A stretch of 64,000 nucleotides of DNA from an uncultured Clostridia bacterium (GTDB lineage Bacteria; Bacillota; Clostridia; TANB77; CAG-508): assembly GCA_947626765.1 (NCBI GenBank), contig CANQTQ010000003.1:4362-68361 (forward strand). Direction: 5' to 3'. Below, one piece after another: positions 43,636 through 54,730 of the stretch. Numbering within the stretch: position 1 is the first letter of the stretch; each line of letters starts with the position of its first letter. The notes under the pieces are model-generated. The model was given only the letters and a program-made list of their open reading frames with translations, did not search any database and was not told the DNA's origin. Both the position numbers and the translations under genes were made by a program.

Positions 43636-44297
43636 TATGCTTCTCCTCCTTCCTCTTGCTTCTTTTTAGCTGGAAGAATTTCTCCTCTATAAATCCAAAC
43701 TTTAACACCTATTTTTCCATAAGTTGTATCTGCTTCAGCAAATCCATAATCTATATCTGCTCTTAAAGTTTGAAGTGGAATTGTTCCTTCTTTATAGAAT
43801 TCTGTTCTAGCCATATCTGCTCCACCAAGTCTTCCTGATACAGCAGTTTTAATTCCTAATGCACCTGATTTCATAGTTTTTTGCATACATTGTTTCATAG
43901 CTCTTCTGAAAGAAATTCTTCTTTCTAGTTGGCCAGCAATGTTTTCTGCAACTAATTGTGCATCAATATCAATGTTTTTAACTTCTACAATATTTAAGTT
44001 TACTGTTTTTCCTATCATTTTTTCAAGTTCTACTTTTAATACCTCAGCAAGGTTTCCACCTTTACCAATTACTAAACCTGGTTTTGCTGTGTATACATTT
44101 ACTCTAACAAACTTAGCAGTTCTTTCAATTTCTACTTTTGAAATTCCTGCAACATATAATTTTTTCTTAACATATTCACGGATTTTATGGTCTTCTACTA
44201 AATAATCACTAAAATTCTTTTTATCTGCATACCATTTTGAATTCCAGTCTCTAATGACACCTACTCTTAATCCGTTAGGATCCATTTTTTGTCCCAT
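43635..44297 (-). CDS. rpsC: 30S ribosomal protein S3
   Basis: sequence. Confidence 0.9.
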   Translation of the reverse strand: MGQKMDPNGLRVGVIRDWNSKWYADKKNFSDYLVEDHKIREYVKKKLYVAGISKVEIERTAKFVRVNVYTAKPGLVIGKGGNLAEVLKVELEKMIGKTVNLNIVEVKNIDIDAQLVAENIAGQLERRISFRRAMKQCMQKTMKSGALGIKTAVSGRLGGADMARTEFYKEGTIPLQTLRADIDYGFAEADTTYGKIGVKVWIYRGEILPAKKKQEEGGEA

Positions 44298-44317
44298 AAT
44301 TGTTAAGTCCTCCTTTC

Positions 44318-44671
44318 TTAATCTCTTTCTTTTAACACGATTGTAATATGACTTGTTCTTTTTCTAATTCTTACTGCACTACCTTTTGCAGCTGGTCTAA
44401 TTCTTTTTAGAGTTGGACCTTGATTTGCATAAATTTCAGCAACATATAATTTTTCATGTGATAAATGATGATTATTTTCTGCATTTGCAATTGCTGATTT
44501 TAATAATTTTTCTATAATTTCGCTTGATGCTTTTGGAGCATATTTTACAATAGCTAAAGCTTCATCAATATCTTTTCCTCTGATTAAATCTGCTACAATT
44601 TTAACTTTTCTAGCTGATATTCTAGCATATCTTAGAGTTGCTTCTGCTCTTGGAATTGTAACTTCTTCCAT
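44318..44671 (-). CDS. rplV: 50S ribosomal protein L22
   Basis: sequence. Confidence 0.9.
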   Translation of the reverse strand: MEEVTIPRAEATLRYARISARKVKIVADLIRGKDIDEALAIVKYAPKASSEIIEKLLKSAIANAENNHHLSHEKLYVAEIYANQGPTLKRIRPAAKGSAVRIRKRTSHITIVLKERD

Positions 44672-44741
44672 TTTTGTTTCCTCCTTTACTCTACTATTTT
44701 GAGTTATTTAACGGTGACACATCTTTTTGTCCCCTCCGGGT

Positions 44742-45029
44742 TTAATTGTTATTAGTTGTTGTAGTTGTCTTATCGCCTGAATGTCCTTTAAATGTTCTTG
44801 TTGGTGCAAATTCACCTAATTTATGTCCTATCATTTCTTCTGTAATATATACAGGTACATGCTTTCTACCATCATGAACAGCTATTGTGTGTCCAACCAT
44901 TTGTGGATAAATTGTAGAAGCTCTAGACCATGTTTTTATAACTTCTTTATTACCACTTTCATTCATTGCTTCAACTCTTTTTAGTAATTCTGGCGCAACG
45001 AATGGAGCTTTTTTAGATGATCTTGACAT
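44742..45029 (-). CDS. rpsS: 30S ribosomal protein S19
   Basis: sequence. Confidence 0.9.
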   Translation of the reverse strand: MSRSSKKAPFVAPELLKRVEAMNESGNKEVIKTWSRASTIYPQMVGHTIAVHDGRKHVPVYITEEMIGHKLGEFAPTRTFKGHSGDKTTTTTNNN

Positions 45030-45043
45030 TTAAACTTTCCTCC

Positions 45044-45871
45044 TTATTTTCTTCTCTTTGTTATAAATTTATTAGTTTGCTTATTTTTCTTTCTTGTCTT
45101 GTATCCTAAAGCTGGTTTACCCCAAGGAGTCATTGGTCCTGCGTGTCCAACTGGAGCTTTACCTTCACCACCACCATGAGGGTGATCTACTGGGTTCATA
45201 ACAGAACCTCTAACTGTTGGTCTAACTCCCATATGTCTTGTTCTACCTGCTTTACCAAGTTTTACATTTTCGTGGTCTGTATTTCCTACAGTTCCTATTG
45301 TTGCTTTGCATACAGCTCTTATTAATCTCATTTCTCCTGAAGGAAGTCTCACATGTGCATATTCTCCTTCTTTTGCCATTAATTGAGCTTCTTGACCAGC
45401 ACTTCTAACTAATTTTCCACCTTGGCCTGGATTTATTTCAATATTATGAATCATAGTACCTACTGGAATGTTTTCTATTTTCATGCAGTTACCTGGTTTG
45501 ATATCTGCTTTATCTCCAGAGATAACTTTATCTCCATCTTTTAATCCAAGTGGAGCTAAAATATATGCTTTTTCTCCATCTTCATATTGTATTAAAGCTA
45601 TATTTGCTGTTCTGTTTGGATCATATTCAATTCCAACTACAGTAGCTGGCATATCAACTTTATTTCTTTTAAAATCAATTACTCTATATTTTTGTCTATT
45701 TCCACCACCTTGATGTCTTACTGTAATTCTACCATAAGAGTTTCTACCTGCATTTTTCTTTTTTGTAGTAAGTAGTGATTTTTCTGGTTCTTTTTTAGTA
45801 ACTTCATCAAATGTAGAAACTGTCATGTTTCTTCTTGATGGGGTGTATGGTTTAAAGTGTTTCATTCCCAT
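45044..45871 (-). CDS. rplB: 50S ribosomal protein L2
   Basis: sequence. Confidence 0.9.
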   Translation of the reverse strand: MGMKHFKPYTPSRRNMTVSTFDEVTKKEPEKSLLTTKKKNAGRNSYGRITVRHQGGGNRQKYRVIDFKRNKVDMPATVVGIEYDPNRTANIALIQYEDGEKAYILAPLGLKDGDKVISGDKADIKPGNCMKIENIPVGTMIHNIEINPGQGGKLVRSAGQEAQLMAKEGEYAHVRLPSGEMRLIRAVCKATIGTVGNTDHENVKLGKAGRTRHMGVRPTVRGSVMNPVDHPHGGGEGKAPVGHAGPMTPWGKPALGYKTRKKNKQTNKFITKRRK

Positions 45872-45971
45872 TTTCTCATTCTCTCTTTCATTATAAATTT
45901 ACGGAATTTTTCCTGCTCCGCATACAGATATTTTTTATTCTCCGAGTTATTTCTCGATAATTTTTACTCTT

Positions 45972-46319
45972 TTATGCTCCCATAAAGTGTTCAATAGAAT
46001 CTTTGTATTTTTTAGATACTTTAGTTTCTTTTCCACCTTTTGCTAAGTATGTTTTATCAGATGGGTTTGTATCAATTGTAACAATTGCTTTTTTCCAGTC
46101 TGAAGTTTTTCCAGATGTTTTTCCCATTCTTTTTTCTTTTCCTTTAACCATTATAGTATTAACATTTAAAACTTTTACTTCAAAAAGTTTTTCTACTGCA
46201 TTTCTAATATCTACCTTTGTAGCTTTTTTGTTTACTCTAAAAGTGTACTTTCCTGCTTGTAAACCATCATTACTTTTTTCTGTAATTACTGGTGCTAAAA
46301 TAATATCTTCTGGACTCAT
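45972..46319 (-). CDS. rplW: 50S ribosomal protein L23
   Basis: sequence. Confidence 0.85.
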   Translation of the reverse strand: MSPEDIILAPVITEKSNDGLQAGKYTFRVNKKATKVDIRNAVEKLFEVKVLNVNTIMVKGKEKRMGKTSGKTSDWKKAIVTIDTNPSDKTYLAKGGKETKVSKKYKDSIEHFMGA

Positions 46320-46320
46320 A

Positions 46321-46944
46321 TTATGCGTACACCTCCTCTAATTTTTTAACAGTATCTACTGTTAATACAAGATTTTTATGTTTTAATAGGTCATATACAT
46401 TTATAGTACCTACTTGAAGAGCTTTAACTCCTTCAATGTTTCTAGCAGATTTTTGAACAACTTCATCTTTTTCTGGTAAAAGAATTACTGTTTTACCTTC
46501 TACTTTTAAGTTATTTAAAATTCTTGCCATTTCTTTTGTTTTAATTTCTTTTAAAGATAAATCTTTAACTACATATAATTCATTTTCTAATACTTTTGAA
46601 CTTAAGCAAGATTTAATTGCTAGTCTTTTTTCTTTTTTATTTACTGTGTAGCTATAAGAACGTGGTTTTGGACCTAATGCAATTCCTCCACCAACCCAAT
46701 GTGGTGCACGAATGCTTCCTTGTCTTGCTCTACCAGTATCTTTTTGTTTCCATGGTTTTTTTCCACCACCAGAAACTTCGCTTCTAGTTTTAGTGCTTTG
46801 TGTACCTTGTCTTTGATTAGCTAGGTAGTTAACTAAAACACTATGTACTACTGCTTCATTTGGCTCTATACCAAATATTTCTTCTTTAAGTTCTAGGCTG
46901 CTTACTTTTTTACCTTCTATATCATATACGTCTACCTTAGGCAT
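46321..46944 (-). CDS. rplD: 50S ribosomal protein L4
   Basis: sequence. Confidence 0.9.
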   Translation of the reverse strand: MPKVDVYDIEGKKVSSLELKEEIFGIEPNEAVVHSVLVNYLANQRQGTQSTKTRSEVSGGGKKPWKQKDTGRARQGSIRAPHWVGGGIALGPKPRSYSYTVNKKEKRLAIKSCLSSKVLENELYVVKDLSLKEIKTKEMARILNNLKVEGKTVILLPEKDEVVQKSARNIEGVKALQVGTINVYDLLKHKNLVLTVDTVKKLEEVYA

Positions 46945-46958
46945 TTGTTTTTCCCTCC

Positions 46959-47588
46959 TTATTTACTTTTTACACTTGATTTTAGTTTTAAAATAGCTCC
47001 TTTTGCTCCTGGTACACTACCTTTTACTAAAATAACATTTTTATCTAAATCTACTCTTACAACATCTAAATTTTGAATTGTAATAGTTTCTCTACCCATG
47101 TGTCCTGGTAAGTTTTTACCTTTAAATACTCTACCTGGTGTAGAAGTTGGTCCCATTGAACCTGGTCTTCTGTGATACATAGAACCATGTCCCATTGGTC
47201 CTCTAGATTGTCCATGACGTTTAATAACACCTTGGAATCCTTTTCCTTTTGAAATACCTTGAATATCTAATTTATCTCCTACTGCAAAAGTATCTGCTTT
47301 TAATTCGTCTCCTACATTTACATTTTCTAAAGAATCTACTCTAAATTCTCTTAAATGTTTTTTAGGTGTTAATTTTACTTTTGTATAATGTCCTCTTTCT
47401 GGTTTTGTTAATTTATGTTCTTTAACTTCACCATATCCTAATTGAATAGCGTTATATCCATCAGATTCTACTGTTTTTACTTGTACTACTGTACATGGAC
47501 CTGCTTCAATTACTGTAACTGGAATTACTTTTCCTTGTTCATCAAAGATTTGAGTCATTCCAACTTTTTTACCTATTAATGATTTCAT
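46959..47588 (-). CDS. rplC: 50S ribosomal protein L3
   Basis: sequence. Confidence 0.9.
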   Translation of the reverse strand: MKSLIGKKVGMTQIFDEQGKVIPVTVIEAGPCTVVQVKTVESDGYNAIQLGYGEVKEHKLTKPERGHYTKVKLTPKKHLREFRVDSLENVNVGDELKADTFAVGDKLDIQGISKGKGFQGVIKRHGQSRGPMGHGSMYHRRPGSMGPTSTPGRVFKGKNLPGHMGRETITIQNLDVVRVDLDKNVILVKGSVPGAKGAILKLKSSVKSK

Positions 47589-47689
47589 TTTTCCTCCTAA
47601 TACTATTGGCTAATATTTTGTATTACATTATATAATGTTATATTAGCATGGTTTGTGGAATTTAATCTATATAAGTTTAAGTTCCGCTA

Positions 47690-48022
47690 TTATAATTTGA
47701 TTTCAATATCAACACCAGCTGGTAAATCTATTTTCATAAGACTATCTACTGTTTTTTGTGTTGGATAAAGAATGTCTATTACTCTTTTATGTGTTCTCAT
47801 TTCAAATTGTTCTCTTGAATCTTTGTCTTTGTGTGGAGAACGTAAAATTGTAATAATTTCCTTTTCTGTTGGTAATGGAATAGGACCTGATACTTTAGCT
47901 CCTGTTTTTTTAGCAGTATCTACTATTTTTTCAGCAGACTGTTCTAAAACAACATGATCATAAGCTTTAAGTCTTATTCTAATTTTTTCACTTGTTACTG
48001 CATTTTCTTTCTTTGTTGCCAT
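47690..48022 (-). CDS. rpsJ: 30S ribosomal protein S10
   Basis: sequence. A ~260-nt leader lies upstream. Confidence 0.9.
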   Translation of the reverse strand: MATKKENAVTSEKIRIRLKAYDHVVLEQSAEKIVDTAKKTGAKVSGPIPLPTEKEIITILRSPHKDKDSREQFEMRTHKRVIDILYPTQKTVDSLMKIDLPAGVDIEIKL

Positions 48023-48281
48023 TTTAAAAATTCCCTCCTTCTAATTTTTTAAGGCTTTTTAGCCTTTATTTTGGTCGGAAGTTATAACGCACCCTGGTGT
48101 TTCTTAATTTACCAATATTAAAACCCAAGTCTGCATGAAAAATCTTGGGATAAGTGCTTAAAATTTTAACTTACCGCCTTGGTCTAAGCCACGACATACT
48201 CCATAAGAGTTCCCTCCAAACATAGTTTAGTACTACATTTGTAGCCACATCTTACTTCATCGCCAAATACATGCTTTGACT

Positions 48282-48310
48282 ATTATATCTCGTTTTGCCA
48301 TTAAAGTCAA
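48282..48310 (-). promoter_or_regulatory. sigma-A promoter of the S10 operon (TTGACT, 17 nt, TATAAT on the minus strand)
   Basis: + strand AGTCAA at 48305-48310 and ATTATA at 48282-48287. The leader is ~260 nt. Confidence 0.55.
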
Positions 48311-48327
48311 CTCTTTTTACAATATTT

Positions 48328-48356
48328 TTGCAAATTTATGTGTTTTATGGTATAAT
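48328..48356 (+). promoter_or_regulatory. sigma-A-like promoter (TTGCAA, 17 nt, TATAAT) for ORF 48408..48773, divergent from the S10 promoter
   Basis: consensus hexamers with 17-nt spacing. Confidence 0.5.
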
Positions 48357-48407
48357 AAATATATATGGTAATAACCATAAGTATAAAAAGAGAGGTTTGA
48401 TTTATTT

Positions 48408-48773
48408 ATGCAGCAAAGTATAGAGCTTAAACTAAGCATTGATGAACGGAGTATAACAAGACCCTTTGACCCCGTTTCTCATGTACTTCCAGCAAATACT
48501 GTTGGTTCCTATCTTTCATGTAATAGGAGCAATCGGAAGAAAATTACTCTTCACATTCCATCAATGAAGTATTCCACTACATTTGATGTTGTGAAATACT
48601 CAGAAGAAATTTCAAGCATCATTTCATTTTACAACCTTGTTGCTTCTATTAAGAAATGTGGCATAAATCACACATATTCTAATGGTGAACTTACCATTGA
48701 GATTATTGCCGAAGATGCGGGAACAATTCAGTTCATTAAAAGCTGTAAGGAAAGACTAGGCAGACTCAACTAA
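48408..48773 (+). CDS. hypothetical 121-aa protein encoded by a GC-rich segment (roughly 40-48% GC locally, versus ~27% for the genome)
   Basis: A consensus promoter and an AGAGAGG RBS lie upstream, with a strong terminator downstream. It has two in-frame CGG codons plus CCC and GCG codons, which differ from the host codon usage. Confidence 0.45.
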   Translation: MQQSIELKLSIDERSITRPFDPVSHVLPANTVGSYLSCNRSNRKKITLHIPSMKYSTTFDVVKYSEEISSIISFYNLVASIKKCGINHTYSNGELTIEIIAEDAGTIQFIKSCKERLGRLN

Positions 48774-48778
48774 CCTCA

Positions 48779-48823
48779 AAGCAAACACACCTTTTAATTA
48801 ATATAAAAGGTGTGTTTTTAAAC
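48779..48823. terminator. bidirectional rho-independent terminator (AAACACACCTTTT..AAAAGGTGTGTTTTT)
   Basis: 12-bp stem with U-runs on both strands. It serves the plus-strand ORF and the convergent spoVG. Confidence 0.6.
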
Positions 48824-48874
48824 AGAAAAAAGAGAAACTTTTAAAAGTTTCTCTTTTAATTACTTAATTATTTA

Positions 48875-49162
48875 TTATTCTGCTGATTCTGTATCTGTAG
48901 TTTCCTCAGTTTCAGGAGCTTCATAAGCTTCTAATATAGCTTTTTGAATCTTCTCTCTAGTTTCAGCATTAATTGGATGAGCTATATCCTTGAATTCTCC
49001 GTTTGGAGTTTTTCTGCTTGGCATAGCAATGAATAATCCATTTTGACTTTCAATAACTTTGATGTCATGAACAACAAATTCGTTATCAAATGTCACAGAA
49101 GCAACAGCTTTCATTCTGTTTTCTGAATTTACTTTTCTTAAACGTACATCTGTAATTTGCAT
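48875..49162 (-). CDS. spoVG: septation protein SpoVG
   Basis: [38 protein letters not shown].. Confidence 0.85.
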   Translation of the reverse strand: MQITDVRLRKVNSENRMKAVASVTFDNEFVVHDIKVIESQNGLFIAMPSRKTPNGEFKDIAHPINAETREKIQKAILEAYEAPETEETTDTESAE

Positions 49163-49653
49163 TTTGTGTACCACCTTCCGCGTAAAATTTGTACATAAAT
49201 AATATGTACATTTATATTATTCGCCATGTTTTTGTTTTTTCCTTCTTTATTTTACAAATTTTATTTATTTTTTTATTTTAATTTTAAAATTAGAATTTTT
49301 ATATAATATAATAGTAAATTTCATTAGTTCATGTTAGTTGTTTAACCAATTTTTTCATATATTGTAGAATATATTTTTATTAATTACATAAAAAATTATA
49401 ATTTTTTAAATATTAAAATTTTTAAGTTTTATTACTTGCATTTTTTATTCACATTTTTATATTCACATTTTTATATTTTATTAATATTATATATCATATT
49501 TAAGCATTAATATAGTCATTTAAATAGTTACAATAAAAAAATAGTAATTTCAACATGTCTAAAAGAAAAAATGCAAATATATTGAAAATTGTTAATAAAG
49601 AGTATATAATATCTTAAGGTTAGAAAAATATTTAAATATATTATACAAGGAGA

Positions 49654-51048
49654 GTGCTTTTTTTGGCTAATATAATGGAATTAGAACAATATAAAAATAT
49701 TCATATGATAGGTATTGGCGGAGTTAGTATGAGTGGTATTGCTGAGATATTAAAATTTTGGGGATTTAATGTAACAGGATCTGACTCTACTTCTTCTGAA
49801 ACCACAAATAGATTAATAAAAAATGGAATACCTGTTGTTATTGGTCATGACTTTGTAAATGTTGTAAAAGCTGATGTAGTTATTTATACTGCTGCAATTA
49901 AAGCTGATGACCCAGAGTTATTGAAAGCAAAAGAATTAAATATTCCTACTATAGATAGGGGTACTTTTTTAGGAAAAATTACTAAAGCTTTTCGTAATAG
50001 CATTTGCGTCTCTGGTACACATGGAAAAACTACAACCACTTCTATGATTTCAATGTGTTTTTTAGAAGCACATAAAGATCCTTCTATTCAGGTTGGAGCT
50101 TATTTAAAACCTATTAATGGAAACTATCGTGTCGGAAGTAGTGAATATTTTATTATTGAAGCTTGTGAATATGTAGAAAGCTATTTAAAATTATTTCCTA
50201 AAGCAGAAGTTATTTTAAATATTGATAATGATCATTTAGATTATTTTGAAACTTTCGATAATATAGTTGGGTCTTTTCATCGTTACATTAATTTGCTTCC
50301 TGAAGATGGTTTACTTGTTATTAATGGAGATGATTCTAATTGTGTAAAAATTGCAAAAGATTCAAAATGTAAAACTGTAACATTTGGTATTGAAAATAGT
50401 AATGCAAATTTTGTTGCTAGAAATATTACATTTAATATAAATGGATTTGCAATGTTTGATGTTTACTATAATAATTATTTTTATAAAACAATTGAACTTT
50501 CTATTCCAGGAAAGCATAATGTGTTAAATGCTTTAGCTTGTATTGCTGTATGCCATGAATATGGTATTGAAAAAGAAGATATAAAAAATGGATTACTAAA
50601 ATATACTGGTGCACATAGAAGATTTGAATATGTTGGTTCTTTCAATCAAGGTGTTAGCGTTTATGATGATTATGGACATCATCCAACAGAAATTGTAGCA
50701 ACATGTAATGCCTTAAAACAAAAACAATACAGACAATCTTGGGTTGTTTTTCAGCCACATACATATAGTAGAACTAAAACTTTATTAGAAGACTTTGCTA
50801 AGGCTTTAATTCAATTTGACCATGTTATTGTTACAGACATTTATGCTGCTAGAGAGGATAATATATATGGAATTTCTTCTCTAGATTTAGTAAATAAAAT
50901 TAATTTATATAAGCAAAATAAAGCTATATATATATCTGATTTTAATGAAATTGTAAAATATTTAAAAGAACATACTATTAAAGAAGATATTGTACTTACT
51001 CTTGGTGCAGGTACAGTTACAAATATTGGTCCAAAACTTGTTTCATAG
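49654..51048 (+). CDS. murC: UDP-N-acetylmuramate--L-alanine ligase
   Basis: GIGGVSMSGIA and GTHGKTTTT Mur ligase motifs. The true start is probably the internal MELEQY. Confidence 0.9.
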   Translation: MLFLANIMELEQYKNIHMIGIGGVSMSGIAEILKFWGFNVTGSDSTSSETTNRLIKNGIPVVIGHDFVNVVKADVVIYTAAIKADDPELLKAKELNIPTIDRGTFLGKITKAFRNSICVSGTHGKTTTTSMISMCFLEAHKDPSIQVGAYLKPINGNYRVGSSEYFIIEACEYVESYLKLFPKAEVILNIDNDHLDYFETFDNIVGSFHRYINLLPEDGLLVINGDDSNCVKIAKDSKCKTVTFGIENSNANFVARNITFNINGFAMFDVYYNNYFYKTIELSIPGKHNVLNALACIAVCHEYGIEKEDIKNGLLKYTGAHRRFEYVGSFNQGVSVYDDYGHHPTEIVATCNALKQKQYRQSWVVFQPHTYSRTKTLLEDFAKALIQFDHVIVTDIYAAREDNIYGISSLDLVNKINLYKQNKAIYISDFNEIVKYLKEHTIKEDIVLTLGAGTVTNIGPKLVS

Positions 51049-51056
51049 AAAATAAA

Positions 51057-51096
51057 AAATAATGGATTCCTTAATATGAATCCATTATTTTTTTTA
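51057..51096. terminator. bidirectional terminator (AATGGATTC..GAATCCATT followed by a T8 run)
   Basis: hairpin followed by a T-run. Confidence 0.55.
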
Positions 51097-51106
51097 TTAC
51101 TTGAGA

Positions 51107-53512
51107 TTATTTTATATATACATTAGGTTTTTTATATTTTTTAGGTTTAATTTTTATAAAAGCTATTATTAGTATAATAATTGCTACACAAATTACTATA
51201 AGTTTAATAACTATACTCTCATTTTCTCCTGTTGGAGGCATAATATAAACTAAATTTGTAAAAGTAGAACAATCTTTATCTTTGTTATCTCCAGGATATA
51301 CACCATGCAATACTTCTAAGTTATGTTGTGGGTTATTATATGCTATTTTATTTATTTTATAGGCCATTCTTCTATTTGCTTCATCTTCATATACTAACAC
51401 TTCTGAAATACTTTTGTTCATATATTCTATATCATCTAATTTACTAATTACTTTACTAGCAACATATTTGATTGTATATTCTCCACCTGGTGCTATGTAA
51501 AATCCATTTTTTCCTTTTCCATTATTGTCTAATACTGTTTTTATAGATACTCTAGTTTTACCATAATCTAAAGTTTCTTCTGATATATAACCATTGTTAT
51601 ATAAATCTTGAAGCGAGACTTGATAAAATCCATAATCTGAGTTTTGTTTAGCTTCTGTAATTAATTTTACATTTTGAGAATATATAAAGCCTGGTGGTAA
51701 ATGATTAATAAGCTCTAAGTAGTTACATTGTATAGATGAGTCATTTTTTATTGTAATAGTATATTCTACTCTTATTGTAGCTCCATGTGTTAGCTCATCA
51801 TCTATAGCTTTAATTATTGGTAAATCTGAGCCATTTTCTCTTGTTTGTACATCAAATACTGAACCGTCTGATAAAATAATTTCTAGTCCAGTACAAGTTG
51901 TTTTTGTTTCAAGAGAAATTGCTGGTCTTTTGCCTAAAATAATATCTTGTCCACTATAGCCTGTTGAAACATGATATATTCTTTTAATTACTTCACCAGT
52001 TTCTTCATCTGTTATTTCTTCTACAGATGGTGTTCCTGATGGCATATGATTAATTACATAATTTTTTCCACCATAAACTTTCATTTTAGTTATATTACTT
52101 AATTCACTTGCTCTTTGTTGTGATATGGTACTTGCATTATAAGTTTCTATTTGTTCAAACATTATTGTATTTTTATATGTGAATCTTTTAAAGTTTTCAT
52201 CTACTTCTTTTCTGCGTTGATTATCTTCATAACCAGCTATTGTACTAAAACCAGATGAATACTGTTTTTCTTCTGTAGATTCTATTAAATATTTTTTTAT
52301 ATCTTTTGTTATTTTATCTATTGTTTCTTGTCCATCTTGTATAGCTGCATAAATATTAGATGTATCTTTAAATATGCTTTCCACATACTGTGTTTCATCT
52401 AATTCATCTGATTTTGCAAGTAATGAAATAATATTAATGCCTTCGTTTCGTAAATCTTGTACTTTTTTCTTAGTATTTGGACCTATCGTATTATATAATT
52501 TATTTAATGTTTCTTGTTCTGACTCATCACGATATACTTGTTTTGTACCATCTGATGTAGGTATACCATCTGATATTAGTACTATGTATCTATTTGAATT
52601 ATTTTTATCATTATTATAAAATGAATCTTTTGCTTTATTTAATGCTCCTAAAATATTAGTATTTGGAGTGTACCAACCATTATTAACAATTTCATCTAAA
52701 GCTTTTGATAATATTTCAATATTTTTTGTAAGTGATACAGCTCTATAATTTGTTCCTGAGAAAAATACTAAGCCTACATATATGTTTTCTCCACTGCTAA
52801 TTAGTGAGTTAATTAACTGTTTAGCAGAATCTGCTGCTATTTGAAGTCTTGTTTTTGTTTCTCCATTTACAACAACCTGTGTACTACGCATACCATATGA
52901 GCAGTCTAATGCTATAAATACTTGCGCTGCACCCTTTCCACTCTTTTGTACTTCTATTTTTTCTACATTAACATAATCTTGTGATGCTGGTGTTTGTGTT
53001 GTAATGTAATCATGTCCATTATATTTTAAAACAGATTTTACTAATTCTGTATTTTGTAAATTTATTTTGCTAATATCTCCATACCAAAATTCAATTGAAT
53101 ATGTTCCATCTGGTGGTGAAAAACTATAATTTCCATTTTCATCTGTAACTGTAAAATCTACCACATTATCTCCTTGCTTTAGTAATACTGTTGTACCAGT
53201 TACTTGAATCTTTTGTTTTAAGTCATCTGAATTATTGTAAGTTCCTGTAAGAGTATAACCTAAATCCTCCCATACATTTCCTGAAATTGTTTCATAATAA
53301 TACCTTGTTTCTGAAGGAGTTGTGTCAACTGGTCCTGGATCAGATGGTGGTGGAGTTTGTGGTGAGTCTCCTGGTGTAGAAGGTGGTGGCTGATAGCCAC
53401 TCTCGCCTTGTGCATTTCCAGCAAGTCCAGCATATGTATATTGTATGTGAGGAAAAATAATTATCATTATTAAAATTAATACTACAAATATTCTTATTAC
53501 TTTTCGTTTCAT
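51107..53512 (-). CDS. cell-surface protein with a Pro-rich linker, a CnaB/SdrD-B-like domain and a vWA domain with a MIDAS motif. It has a C-terminal sorting-signal-like MPPTG then a TM helix then KKYKK
   Basis: Signal peptide. The CnaB-like stretch is ..TDENGNYSFSPPDGTYSIEF. The vWA domain has the D-x-S-x-G MIDAS (ALDCSYGM) and ..ISDGIPT. It has a hydrophobic C-terminus. Confidence 0.7.
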   Translation of the reverse strand: MKRKVIRIFVVLILIMIIIFPHIQYTYAGLAGNAQGESGYQPPPSTPGDSPQTPPPSDPGPVDTTPSETRYYYETISGNVWEDLGYTLTGTYNNSDDLKQKIQVTGTTVLLKQGDNVVDFTVTDENGNYSFSPPDGTYSIEFWYGDISKINLQNTELVKSVLKYNGHDYITTQTPASQDYVNVEKIEVQKSGKGAAQVFIALDCSYGMRSTQVVVNGETKTRLQIAADSAKQLINSLISSGENIYVGLVFFSGTNYRAVSLTKNIEILSKALDEIVNNGWYTPNTNILGALNKAKDSFYNNDKNNSNRYIVLISDGIPTSDGTKQVYRDESEQETLNKLYNTIGPNTKKKVQDLRNEGINIISLLAKSDELDETQYVESIFKDTSNIYAAIQDGQETIDKITKDIKKYLIESTEEKQYSSGFSTIAGYEDNQRRKEVDENFKRFTYKNTIMFEQIETYNASTISQQRASELSNITKMKVYGGKNYVINHMPSGTPSVEEITDEETGEVIKRIYHVSTGYSGQDIILGKRPAISLETKTTCTGLEIILSDGSVFDVQTRENGSDLPIIKAIDDELTHGATIRVEYTITIKNDSSIQCNYLELINHLPPGFIYSQNVKLITEAKQNSDYGFYQVSLQDLYNNGYISEETLDYGKTRVSIKTVLDNNGKGKNGFYIAPGGEYTIKYVASKVISKLDDIEYMNKSISEVLVYEDEANRRMAYKINKIAYNNPQHNLEVLHGVYPGDNKDKDCSTFTNLVYIMPPTGENESIVIKLIVICVAIIILIIAFIKIKPKKYKKPNVYIK

Positions 53513-53882
53513 TTGTATTTCCTCCTATTGATTAGAGTTATATAAATTATAACATTTTATGCTATTTTTTTCAAGTTTTATATGGCATAATTCTCTCTCA
53601 TATATATGGCATAATTCTCTCTCATGTGGAATTTAACTTTTTAACTAACCTAATTTTCTCTCATAACATTTTATATTACGGTTCGCAGCTTCAACTATGA
53701 ATTTTATAATAAAAGGTATTATAATTTTAAATTAATTAAACTTATATATGATAAAAGCCAGTAATTCTAAGCTTTAATTTTTATTTATACAAGCTTAAAT
53801 TACTGTCTTCTATTTATTATGTTATCATAAACATATTTATTAATTACTTTTTAAGTAATATGCTTTTTTAAATGAATTTATG

Positions 53883-54530
53883 TTAATATAGCCTACGTCT
53901 ACAGCAACATCCTGAATTATTATTTCTTCTATTTGATGTTACAAGTAAACTTGCTCCATTGTTTAAGTTTATTACTCCGTATGGATCTGAATTATTTATT
54001 GCAATTGGCACACTTGATATTGTAGCAATTCCACCATTTGTATTATTTCCGTTGTTATTTCCTGTATTGCTATTACCACTATTATTATTTCCTGTATTAT
54101 TGTTTCCACTATTATTATTTCCATTGTTGTTATTTCCACCATTATTGTTTCCATTGTTGTTATTTCCACTATTATTGTTTCCTGTATTATTGTTTCCACT
54201 ATTGTTATTGCCATTGTTATTATTTCCACCATTGTTACTACCATTATTATTTGGGCAGTTATTATTGCAATTTATATTACAGCAATATCTTCTAAAACAT
54301 GAAATTAATCTACAAATTACTGATGTAAGTACTGCTGTTACATAAGCAAGCAGTGTATATAAAATAGCATATACTAAAAAACTTGCATCAAATGCAGCAA
54401 ATGTTACTATTAAATAAATGGCTAAAAATGTAGCAGCTACTAATAATGGATTTCTTAAAACTTTTTGTAATACGATAGCTAATAAAACAGTAGCAACAGG
54501 AAGAGCAAAAAATATTAATAATATATTCAT
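53883..54530 (-). CDS. membrane protein (3 N-terminal TM helices) with Cys-rich flanks and a long (G/S/T)NNN tandem repeat
   Basis: NNNNGNNNSGNNNTGNNNSGNNNNGNNNGG.. is encoded by a ~12-nt DNA tandem repeat at ~54040..54250. Confidence 0.5.
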   Translation of the reverse strand: MNILLIFFALPVATVLLAIVLQKVLRNPLLVAATFLAIYLIVTFAAFDASFLVYAILYTLLAYVTAVLTSVICRLISCFRRYCCNINCNNNCPNNNGSNNGGNNNNGNNNSGNNNTGNNNSGNNNNGNNNGGNNNNGNNNSGNNNTGNNNSGNSNTGNNNGNNTNGGIATISSVPIAINNSDPYGVINLNNGASLLVTSNRRNNNSGCCCRRRLY

Positions 54531-54730
54531 AAATTAGTTCATTCCTTTCTTTATTGCTAAAAAGAAATACATAGAAATGAAAAATTTTAGGCATTTCTCC
54601 TTTAACTTTGCTTTTTGTTATATATTATGTTATTTTTATTCAAAGTGTGCTACTAATTTTTATTTCAAAATTGATTTTTATAAAGATCTGTCCCCCAAAG
54701 TAGCTTAAAAATAAACAATTGGACCTGTTC

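Noticed and set aside
54040-54250. Possible CRISPR array (regular short repeats)
   Set aside because: The units are ~12 nt, contiguous with no spacers, and in-frame coding for an Asn/Gly repeat. This is not CRISPR. No CRISPR array was seen anywhere in the window.
54038-54295. Tyr/Cys/His-rich 85-aa ORF
   Set aside because: It is the antisense reading of the 12-nt tandem repeat in the Asn-rich membrane protein, so it is a composition artefact.
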